This document shows positions 30,736-38,061 of a stretch of DNA of 64,000 nt, piece after piece; the first letter of the stretch is position 1; every line of letters begins with the position of its first letter. This DNA comes from an uncultured bacterium (lineage in GTDB: Bacteria > Muiribacteriota > Ozemobacteria > Ozemobacterales > Ozemobacteraceae). The position numbers and the translations under genes are program-made. The notes beneath the pieces are model-generated. The model saw only the letters and a program-made list of their open reading frames with translations, did no database searches and was not told where the DNA came from. The stretch spans positions 65,213-129,212 of the forward strand of contig CAZQUE010000003.1 of NCBI GenBank assembly GCA_964596185.1. Reading direction: 5' to 3'.

Positions 30736-32403
30736 TTAGAACAATCTCATAAATTCTTCGAGGCTGGTTTCACCGGCGAGCAGTAATGCCAGTGCCTGTT
30801 CTTCGAGGTTCCTGATGCCTTGTTTGCGGGCATAGTTGTTAAAGTCCTGATAATTTTGTTTATTGATGATCATCTGCCTGAGAGTCGGACTGTCGGGAAT
30901 GAACTCGATGATCAGTGATCTTCCGGAGTAGCCTGTGTTATTGCAACCTTCACAGCCTTTAGCTTTGTAGATGGTTTTGTCGTGGTCGGCAATTTCGATT
31001 CTTTCTTTCAATTCCGAGGGCATGGCGACCTGCTCGCGACAACTAGGACAAATCTTGCGAATAAGTCTCTGGCAGACGAATCCGCACAGAGAGGAAGCGA
31101 TGACTACCGGGTCGACATCTGTTTGAATCAATTTTACAATCGCGCTGGCGGCGTCATGCGCCAGATAAGAGGTCAGCAGGGTTTTTCCGCCGAGTCCGGC
31201 GAAACCGATTTCTTCAGCCAGTTCGACCTTTTCGACGTGATCGACGTAAATTACGTCTGCATCTAGAAGCAGAGCAAGTTTAAGCCCGGAAAGATGGTCG
31301 GCGACTCCGCCTGCCCCGACCTGGATCTGGGTTGTGCGCGGTAAGGTGGCAACCACGGGTTCTTCAACTGTGACTATTTTTCTTTCATCGGCATTATAAC
31401 TGCTTAAAAGGCAATATTGGGTCGTTGTGCGTCCGGATTCGCGAGGACCGGTAACGTAAAGAACGCCGTGAGTTGTATGTAACGTGCGGCCGATCGTTTC
31501 TAGTTCTGATTTGCCGCTGCGGCCAAGCTGGTCGGTAATGCTGCCGAAATCGCTGAGCTTGAGAATCACCATTTCGCCGTTGATGGTCGGGTAGAAAATG
31601 CTTTGCACGTTAACCTGACGGTTGGAAACGGTTACGCGAAAGTGCCCGACCTGCACGATTTCTCGCGAAGCTTCATTGTCGGCGACCTGCGAAAGTTTTT
31701 TCAGGCGCGAAATCACTTCATGGTGAACCTTCATCGGCACTTCGATCTTTCTTGAAAGAACATCGTTCGAGCGGAATCGGATGATGACGCCTTTTTCAGA
31801 GGGCTCGAAGTGAATGCGGGTAACTCGGTTGATGATTGCCTGGCCGAGAATATAGTTGATAACCTTTTCCGGGCCTTCCATCCCTTTGGGGATTCCCCGT
31901 TCAAGGTTCTGTTTTTCATTGCTATCGAGCTTTTCGAAAGTTTGTGCCCCAGCTTTTTCGGCCACGTCGATCGGACCGTAAATTGCCGCATAGGTTTGCT
32001 CGAAATCGAACAGGGTGCAGATCGAAACCGAAATAGAAACGCCGTATTTGCCTTCAAGAAACTCTATCGGTCTTGAGTCAAGGGGATCAACCATGCAGAC
32101 ACTTAGCTGGTTTCCCGCTTTGTAAAGCGGCATCAACCGGTGGTCAAGAGCAAATTCCGGAGTAACCATCTGCATGACTTCATTATCGACGATTCCAGGG
32201 TTGAGATGGATGAACGAAATATTGAGCTGGTTGCCCAGAGCCCAGATAATGTCGTCCTCTGTTACCAGGCCCATCTCAGATAGAGCTTCACCCAGCTTCA
32301 GCCCCTTGTCTCGCTGGAAAGTCAGTGCCTGTTTAAGCTGCTCTTCTGAGATCAGATTACAGTCGATAAGTATGTCGCCCAGACGTTTCTTTTGTGTATT
32401 CAT
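30736..32403 (-). CDS. PilB/GspE-family protein with N-terminal MshEN-like (c-di-GMP-binding type) domain and degenerate ATPase motifs
   Basis: N-terminal tandem motifs RLGDILIDCNLISEEQLKQALTFQ / KLGEALSEMGLVTEDDIIWALGNQ fit the MshEN pattern. The Walker A position reads GPRESGRTT and the Walker B position reads DADVIYVDHVEK. A C-terminal tetra-Cys zinc motif (CPSC...CEGC) is retained. Confidence 0.7.
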   Translation of the reverse strand: MNTQKKRLGDILIDCNLISEEQLKQALTFQRDKGLKLGEALSEMGLVTEDDIIWALGNQLNISFIHLNPGIVDNEVMQMVTPEFALDHRLMPLYKAGNQLSVCMVDPLDSRPIEFLEGKYGVSISVSICTLFDFEQTYAAIYGPIDVAEKAGAQTFEKLDSNEKQNLERGIPKGMEGPEKVINYILGQAIINRVTRIHFEPSEKGVIIRFRSNDVLSRKIEVPMKVHHEVISRLKKLSQVADNEASREIVQVGHFRVTVSNRQVNVQSIFYPTINGEMVILKLSDFGSITDQLGRSGKSELETIGRTLHTTHGVLYVTGPRESGRTTTQYCLLSSYNADERKIVTVEEPVVATLPRTTQIQVGAGGVADHLSGLKLALLLDADVIYVDHVEKVELAEEIGFAGLGGKTLLTSYLAHDAASAIVKLIQTDVDPVVIASSLCGFVCQRLIRKICPSCREQVAMPSELKERIEIADHDKTIYKAKGCEGCNNTGYSGRSLIIEFIPDSPTLRQMIINKQNYQDFNNYARKQGIRNLEEQALALLLAGETSLEEFMRLF

Positions 32404-32461
32404 ATTGGCAATAATTTACCTGAAACGAACTTGTTTCGGCAAGTCTTTATTGTTTTCAGGC

Positions 32462-32505
32462 AAAAAAATAAGGCCATCCCAGGTTGGGACGGCCCGATTT
32501 TTTTG
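32462..32505. terminator. bidirectional-looking hairpin (GGCCATCCC-loop-GGGACGGCC) flanked by A-run and T-run, downstream of hup
   Basis: Stem-loop with an A7 tract on one side and a T7 tract on the other. It lies between the HU stop and the pilB-like start. Confidence 0.5.
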
Positions 32506-32512
32506 ATCGAAA

Positions 32513-32797
32513 TTATTTTTTCTTGTTGTTGATCATTTCGCGCAGTTCTTTGCCTGGCACGAATTTAGCAACTTTGCATGCGGGGATTTTGATGGGTTTT
32601 TTGGTCTGTGGATTGATTCCAGTTCTGGCTTTGCGGTTGGTAACCTTGAATGAGCCAAAACCTACCAGACGAACGTCGTCAGCTTTTTTCAATGCTTTTT
32701 TGATGATGTTCAAAGTAGCATCGAGAGCCTGAGCGGCCTGAGTCTGGGTCATGTTGGTGGTTTTTGCGATTTCGCGCACGAGTTCGATCTTTTTCAC
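32513..32797 (-). CDS. hup: HU-family DNA-binding protein
   Basis: VKKIELVREIAKTTNMTQTQAAQALDA...VRLVGFGSFKV...RTGINPQTKKPIKIPA is a classic HU signature. GTG start at 32797 is preceded by AGGAGG; the track ORF extends to 32842. Confidence 0.75.
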   Translation of the reverse strand: MKKIELVREIAKTTNMTQTQAAQALDATLNIIKKALKKADDVRLVGFGSFKVTNRKARTGINPQTKKPIKIPACKVAKFVPGKELREMINNKKK

Positions 32798-32886
32798 TAT
32801 TGGGATCCTCCTGAAACTTAGTAGAGAACGAAGATAAACCAATCGTACCAGCAGGTTTATGCTTTGTCAATAGGGTCAAGAAAAAT

Positions 32887-34041
32887 TTATTGCTTCAAAT
32901 TCTCAAAATCTCTAAGTTTTTGCACCAATGCCCGATGCTCATCCCGGAGCTCAAGCAGCTGGGACTGTAGGATTGCCACCGACCGCCGCTGTACCGAAGA
33001 CACTGAAGATTTTGCTACAATTGAATTAAGTTCCAGCTCTTTCTGGCGAATTTGACTTTGAACTCTGAGCATGCGATTTCTGGTATTGGCATATTCCCGG
33101 TCAAGGTCGTTGCGAGTGCGAACAAGTCTGGGTAGCTGCTTGTGCTGGCCAAGTTCGCGATTGTGACCGTCTTTTTGCATTTCTTCCTTTTCTGCGAAGC
33201 GTCCGCCAATTACCGAATCCTTGGCCAGGGTCTGATGGCGCAAATGTTCAAGAAAAGCAGAACGCTGTCGGGCGATAATTTTTACATCACCTGTTTTCTC
33301 TTCCGCCCTCTGTTCACCGCTGATAATCTGTTCAATCGGCGGCAGGGTTTCGAGGCGTGCGGGTATTTCATCGCGAATTGGTGGAAGCTGTTTGTTCGGC
33401 TGACCTGTCGTTATCGTGGGTCTGGTGACCAGATCGCGATTTTCCCACTCACCAATGAGTTGGGTTTCGATTGGAGCGGCCTGAAATTTTTCTGGCTTTT
33501 CGCCGACGCGATCTTTCTGGGAAAGTGTCGTTTTCATGCCGTTTTGAAGAACCAGTTGGCGGTTGCGCGGATCTTCAGCTGCCCTTACCGCAACTATTCC
33601 AGAAAATACACGAATCTCACTGCGGCCAAAACGGTCGACATTGACATCGAAGGATGTGCCAAGAACAGTGCAGGAGCCCAATGGTGTAAAAACTTTGAAC
33701 ATGTCTGAGCGCCGGCGTATTTTGAACCAGGCATTTCCCAGGCGCATCTGCACGCCACTACGCATAACGGTAATCATGGCATTATTCTTAATTCTGACGA
33801 TGCTCCCGTCGGGGTAAAAGAGTTCACCGCGGCCGTCGCCTTCGACGTTGATCAGGTCGCCGGGTTTGACTTCGACCGGCTGGTAGCTTTGCAGAGCAAG
33901 CCAGGTCGAGCCGCCGGTGCGCGAAAGAACCGCCCGGCCGGAAATGGTCTTGAACATGAATTTATCGTGCTGAGCCATTACAGCATTGCTGCTGATAAGG
34001 CAAAGGGCAAACATAAGAAAGATCGTCGCAAATTTTTTCAT
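32887..34041 (-). CDS. secreted FecR-like / coiled-coil hypothetical protein
   Basis: Signal peptide (MKKFATIFLMFALCLISSNAVMA) from an internal Met. A C-terminal coiled coil is present. Confidence 0.45.
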   Translation of the reverse strand: MKKFATIFLMFALCLISSNAVMAQHDKFMFKTISGRAVLSRTGGSTWLALQSYQPVEVKPGDLINVEGDGRGELFYPDGSIVRIKNNAMITVMRSGVQMRLGNAWFKIRRRSDMFKVFTPLGSCTVLGTSFDVNVDRFGRSEIRVFSGIVAVRAAEDPRNRQLVLQNGMKTTLSQKDRVGEKPEKFQAAPIETQLIGEWENRDLVTRPTITTGQPNKQLPPIRDEIPARLETLPPIEQIISGEQRAEEKTGDVKIIARQRSAFLEHLRHQTLAKDSVIGGRFAEKEEMQKDGHNRELGQHKQLPRLVRTRNDLDREYANTRNRMLRVQSQIRQKELELNSIVAKSSVSSVQRRSVAILQSQLLELRDEHRALVQKLRDFENLKQ

Positions 34042-34178
34042 GTGCGCAGTTCTCCAGAAATGAGCTGCCGTCAGTCTAACCTTTTTGCCTGAATCACACA
34101 ACTGCTTTACTTGCAGTTATGATTGATTAAATTCAGGGGTAGAGGATGAAAATTAAATTGTCTGTCAGGAGGTAATTT

Positions 34179-34328
34179 ATGAGAGATGCAAATGAATATG
34201 TTGTCTGTCTTGAATGCTCCTGCGGCACTGCTTTTGAACCGGAAAAAATCGTCGTAGATAGATATGGCGAAGAATGGGCGGTATGCCCTAAATGTAAGGC
34301 TCTGATAAGATTGGCGGCCAAAGATTGA
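34179..34328 (+). CDS. small zinc-ribbon protein (49 aa, two CxxC pairs), below the ORF-track size cutoff
   Basis: AGGAGG lies 6 nt upstream of the ATG. Translation is MRDANEYVVCLECSCGTAFEPEKIVVDRYGEEWAVCPKCKALIRLAAKD. The overlapping minus-strand track ORF 34133..34321 is probably spurious. Confidence 0.55.
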   Translation: MRDANEYVVCLECSCGTAFEPEKIVVDRYGEEWAVCPKCKALIRLAAKD

Positions 34329-34398
34329 AAAATCTTTGCTCTTTTTGGTTCAAACTTGCTTGCCTGTACCTTCCGGCTGTGTTATACTGAACCTGCCA

Positions 34399-34483
34399 GC
34401 CGGAATGGCGGAATTGGCAGACGCACGGGACTCAAAATCCCGCGCCCCTTAAAGGCGTGTCGGTTCGACCCCGACTTCCGGCA
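34399..34483 (+). tRNA. tRNA-Leu(CAA): tRNA-Leu (anticodon CAA), type II with long variable arm
   Basis: Acceptor GCCGGAA/TTCCGGC, D-arm, anticodon loop CTCAAAA, long variable arm, T-arm GTCGGTTCGACCCCGAC. No encoded CCA. Confidence 0.85.
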
Positions 34484-34522
34484 CTGAACAGGAGTTCAAC
34501 AGGATAAAATAAACTCCACAAA

Positions 34523-34546
34523 GCCCGCAGAAATGCGGGTTTTTTG
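34523..34546 (+). terminator. Rho-independent terminator after tRNA-Leu (GCCCGCA-GAAA-TGCGGGT then T6)
   Basis: Hairpin plus T-run about 40 nt downstream of the tRNA. Confidence 0.6.
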
Positions 34547-34592
34547 TTTGTCCGAATTACATAGAACATGGTTGAATCTCATTGATTTATAC

Positions 34593-34621
34593 CACAAAAT
34601 AGTATAACTTTATGGTATAAC
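34593..34621 (+). repeat. 29-bp subterminal direct repeat (attL side), candidate integrase arm-type site; flanked by extra TATACC/GGTATA motifs
   Basis: CACAAAATAGTATAACTTTATGGTATAAC is 28/29 identical to 43632..43660. Confidence 0.6.
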
Positions 34622-34648
34622 CAGCTTATACCAGAGAGGTGTTATACC

Positions 34649-35872
34649 ATGTCATTAAATGCCGCGCAGGTAAAGAGTCTCAAGCATAAACCCGGTAAAA
34701 AAGAAACCCGCATACATGACGGTTTGGGGTTATACCTTTTCATCACCGACAAGGACGCAAAATACTGGCGGTTCAAGAGTCGCTTTCAGGGAAAAGGCAT
34801 ATTGCTTTCGCTTGGCACTTACCCTACTGTCAGTCTGGCGGAGGCCAGAGTAAAAACGCTTGAGATGGTAAGCCTTATTAAAAGCGGCGTGAATCCTGCC
34901 GAGAACCGCAAAGCACAGAAAGCGGCAATCACCGAAGCCAGCGCCAACAGCTTTGAAGTTGTAGCGCGTGAATGGCAGGCGGTAAAGATGCAGGAGTTTA
35001 CCGAGAAGTCAAAATACCGCACTACATACGGCCTTGAAAAGTATGTATTCCCGTTCATCGGCGGCCTGCCAATATCAGAAATCAAGTCGCCTCAGATCGT
35101 CGATATTGCCCGGCGCATGGAAGCCAGCGGCCTGACCGAAACGGTTCACCGGGTTATCGGTTATTGCAGCAACATCTTTCTTTATGCCATTGCGGGCGGC
35201 AGGGCAGACTTTGACCCGACAGCAGCGGCAAAGAAGCAGTTGAAACCCTTGCCAAAAGAAAAGCACATGGCCGCCACTACTGACCCGGCAGAAGTTGGCA
35301 GACTCTTGAACATGATCGACGGGTATACCGGCAGCTTTGTTGTCAGATCGGCGCTCTTGCTTGCCCCACTAGTATTCGTTCGACCCGGAGAATTGAGAAA
35401 CGCCCTCTGGTCAGATATAGACTTTGATCGTAGAGAGTGGAGATATACCGCCAGCAAAACAAAGCAACCTCATGCAGTGCCGCTGAGCCGACAGGCTGTA
35501 GATATATTGAAAGAGCTGCATCAGGCAACCGGACGCGGTGAGTTTGTCTTTCCGAGTGCGACCAGCTCGACCAGAGAGATGAGCAACAACGCCGTTCTTG
35601 CAGCATATCGGCGCATGGGTATAGCAAAAGAAGAACTTTGCGGCCACGGCTGGCGAGCCATTGCCAGAACACTTCTCGAAGAAGAACTGAAATACCCGTT
35701 GCCGATAATCGAAATGCAGCTTGCACACGCAGTTAAAGACATGCACGGCAGAGCTTACAACAGAACCACTTTCATAAAAGACCGCCATGAGATGATGCAG
35801 GCATGGGCTGACTATCTCGACAAACTGAAAGCGGCGGCCACTTCGACCCCTGCCGGGAAACTTGCGGCATGA
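34649..35872 (+). CDS. int: tyrosine recombinase / phage integrase, P4-type (DUF4102 arm-binding N-terminus)
   Basis: N-terminal AKYWRFKSRFQGKGILLSLGTYPTVSLAEAR. C-terminal catalytic HGWRAI and a Tyr-containing tail. Confidence 0.85.
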   Translation: MSLNAAQVKSLKHKPGKKETRIHDGLGLYLFITDKDAKYWRFKSRFQGKGILLSLGTYPTVSLAEARVKTLEMVSLIKSGVNPAENRKAQKAAITEASANSFEVVAREWQAVKMQEFTEKSKYRTTYGLEKYVFPFIGGLPISEIKSPQIVDIARRMEASGLTETVHRVIGYCSNIFLYAIAGGRADFDPTAAAKKQLKPLPKEKHMAATTDPAEVGRLLNMIDGYTGSFVVRSALLLAPLVFVRPGELRNALWSDIDFDRREWRYTASKTKQPHAVPLSRQAVDILKELHQATGRGEFVFPSATSSTREMSNNAVLAAYRRMGIAKEELCGHGWRAIARTLLEEELKYPLPIIEMQLAHAVKDMHGRAYNRTTFIKDRHEMMQAWADYLDKLKAAATSTPAGKLAA

Positions 35873-36049
35873 TCGAGAATGACATCAGATGACAAAGACC
35901 TTGCAGATCGAGAACGAGGAATAAGAAGAGGATTACTTGGGTTACTTCCGCTTTTGATGCAGCTTACACAAGCAACCGGGTAAACTTGGTAGCCTTGTGT
36001 TAAAATAAAGTGTCGAAAAAAGCGATAACCAACGACCAATAACATTGAA

Positions 36050-36733
36050 TTGCAAGGCGGCAGACGAATGAACCCGACTTTTACAGACGAACAGCACGCG
36101 GCCAGATGGCTGGCGAAATTTGCCCTGCCATTCGTGAACGCTACGCCTGACCAGTTGAGAAAGACTGCTTCCAACGCTTACGCATGGAACACATTCAACG
36201 GAATCTGCCGCTGCGATGGCACAGACAAAGAACCGCCAAAAGTAGATTTCGAGCGAAACGATACTTACAAGCGGGTTACAGATCAGGAACTTACCGACCT
36301 GCAAAAGCTCGTTAAGACGATGCTCTATATTGTGCTGTCTGGCAAGCGGCATGAAGATTTGCCGAAAGATGTAAAGCAGCAGGTGAAAGAAATTGAAAAG
36401 GCGATTGAATCGGTTTTCACCAGCACCAAGTATAACTATGAATGGAAGGGCAAGGGTAAAGCGCATACTCTGAGAAAAGGCAAAAAGGGAGATGGCCTTA
36501 TCTCAAGGCTCAAAGAATGGTTTATCGTTGCTATAACTACCTGCTTGTATTCCTTCTCGCTCAGCGACGATATAGAGCCGATGAAAGGCGCAGGTTTTGA
36601 AAAGATAGGAATGTGCCAGAAATGCGAAATATTCTTTGAGAAAAAGCGGAGAGATCAGGAGTATTGCTCAAAACGTTGTCGAGACGCCGACGCAGCAAAA
36701 AGAATGTATTATAGAAAAAAAGAAACCTCATAG
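36050..36733 (+). CDS. hypothetical protein with C-terminal CGNR-type zinc finger
   Basis: C-terminus CQKCEIFFEKKRRDQEYCSKRCRDADAAKRMYYRKK resembles the CGNR zinc-finger pattern (C..C...F...YCS..C.....R). Confidence 0.45.
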   Translation: MQGGRRMNPTFTDEQHAARWLAKFALPFVNATPDQLRKTASNAYAWNTFNGICRCDGTDKEPPKVDFERNDTYKRVTDQELTDLQKLVKTMLYIVLSGKRHEDLPKDVKQQVKEIEKAIESVFTSTKYNYEWKGKGKAHTLRKGKKGDGLISRLKEWFIVAITTCLYSFSLSDDIEPMKGAGFEKIGMCQKCEIFFEKKRRDQEYCSKRCRDADAAKRMYYRKKETS

Positions 36734-36965
36734 CATTGACTTTAAACCACTGAGGTTTTATATTAGCCCTATGCTTTCAACAGGGCTGTAAAATTTCAGA
36801 ACAACCAGAAATAGAAAAGCCCCGGAGAAATCACCGAGGCTTTTTGTTTTTGGGCGCGATAACCCGCAAACCTTAGCAAGTTAAGGTTATCACACCCGAA
36901 ACGAAAAGCCAACAAGCCCGGCCTTTCAGTTGCCCGGCTTACTTTTCGCTATGAGGTGTTTTTTT

Positions 36966-37166
36966 ATGTCAGATCAACCCGTATTTTTGAGAACCAGACA
37001 GGTTCTAAAACTGCTTAACATAAGCAAAAGCCAATGGCAGAGGCTTGTAAAAAGCGGTGTTGCACCAGCAGGAAAAAAGCTCAGCCCACGTGTTTTTGTC
37101 TGGCGGGAATCCGACATTCTAGGATTTATCGCCAATGCTGAAACTGTTGGGGGTGCAGCCGAATGA
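36966..37166 (+). CDS. alpA: AlpA-family phage transcriptional regulator / excisionase-like HTH protein
   Basis: MSDQPVFLRTRQVLKLLNISKSQWQRLVKSGVAPAGKKLSPRVFVWRESDILGFI is an AlpA/HTH_17 signature. The Shine-Dalgarno precedes the internal ATG at 36966. Confidence 0.7.
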   Translation: MSDQPVFLRTRQVLKLLNISKSQWQRLVKSGVAPAGKKLSPRVFVWRESDILGFIANAETVGGAAE

Positions 37167-37351
37167 GTAGAACACAAGTAATTGATGAACTCGAAAGACA
37201 GGTTGAGTCTCTCAGGACAGTATCAGACCTTCTGCTGACAAATGACGGCAACGATGTAACCCCCGGCCAGATCGCCGGGCTTCTCAATGTGTTACTGGAT
37301 AACATTTACCCGTGCCTGCATCAGTTGCGCCCCGGAAAGTCGGAGGTGTGA
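37163..37351 (+). CDS. hypothetical small protein
   Basis: ORF translationally coupled (ATGA overlap) to the alpA-like gene. Confidence 0.35.
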   Translation: MSRTQVIDELERQVESLRTVSDLLLTNDGNDVTPGQIAGLLNVLLDNIYPCLHQLRPGKSEV

Positions 37352-37354
37352 CAG

Positions 37355-37555
37355 ATGGCAAAGATCGTTTATGACGCTTGCATAAAAACCGGCACTTACA
37401 AGAAAGACGGGCAGGAAAAGGTTAACTGGTTGAAGATCGGCGCAGTTTTCGAGAGCGACAAGGGACTGAGCCTGAAACTCGACGCTTTTCCGGCCAGCAG
37501 TAATGATGGCTGTTGGATAAAGCTATTCCCGGCAAGGAAGGGAGACAAGGCATGA
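37355..37555 (+). CDS. hypothetical small protein
   Basis: Compactly spaced ORF within the element's regulatory module. Confidence 0.35.
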   Translation: MAKIVYDACIKTGTYKKDGQEKVNWLKIGAVFESDKGLSLKLDAFPASSNDGCWIKLFPARKGDKA

Positions 37556-37755
37556 ACGCACTACCAGAAACCTGCCTGCTGAGATTGAAACAGGCGTTGC
37601 AGTTTATTCAAGTCAGCCGAACAACTTTCTTAACTGGTATCAAGACTGGCCGCTTTAACATTACGCCGATTAAAAACGGGCGTTGTGTGTTTTATCGAGC
37701 CGAAGATATACGGGCGCTTATCGAGGAGATGAGCAAATCAGAGGTAACGGCATGA
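37552..37755 (+). CDS. second AlpA-like HTH DNA-binding protein
   Basis: LPETCLLRLKQALQFIQVSRTTFLTGIKTGRFNITPIKNGRCVFYRAEDIRALIEE. An internal ATG with a Shine-Dalgarno is preferred. Confidence 0.6.
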   Translation: MNALPETCLLRLKQALQFIQVSRTTFLTGIKTGRFNITPIKNGRCVFYRAEDIRALIEEMSKSEVTA

Positions 37756-38033
37756 TAGAGAAAGACGGTTTTATAACTTGCGACTTTGTAACAGTAGAGG
37801 GTGAAATGTCGAAAGGCAAACATCTTCTGGCGAACATTTCTATAGCGTTGCCTATCTGCAAAAACGCTGAGCAACAGGCTCGACTGGTTCAGCAGGTAAA
37901 AGAATGGGTAGCATCTGATGAGTTCTGGACAGATGCCGGGGAAAGACTCAGGACTACGGCTAACGAATGTCGGCGCATAGGCAAAGTTATGATGTTCATA
38001 CCCGGAGAAGAATACGATACGGTGTGCCACTGA
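37752..38033 (+). CDS. hypothetical protein
   Basis: ATG at 37752 overlaps the preceding stop (ATGA). No recognized domain. Confidence 0.4.
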   Translation: MIEKDGFITCDFVTVEGEMSKGKHLLANISIALPICKNAEQQARLVQQVKEWVASDEFWTDAGERLRTTANECRRIGKVMMFIPGEEYDTVCH

Positions 38034-38061
38034 ATGATGACACGGAGGTCAAAAGTAATAG

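Noticed and set aside
30307-30786. Track ORFs 30307..30729 (minus) and 30400..30786 (plus) with Pro/Arg/Gln-rich translations
   Set aside because: They lie inside the GC-rich repeat tract that encodes the PilT proline-rich extension. Alternative frames of a low-complexity coding repeat stay open by composition.
34133-34321. 62-aa minus-strand track ORF upstream of tRNA-Leu
   Set aside because: The plus strand carries a better-supported 49-aa zinc-ribbon ORF with a perfect Shine-Dalgarno at the same place.
35075-36466. Several minus-strand ORFs overlapping the integrase and the following gene
   Set aside because: They are shadow ORFs opposite strongly supported genes (integrase catalytic motifs, CGNR protein).
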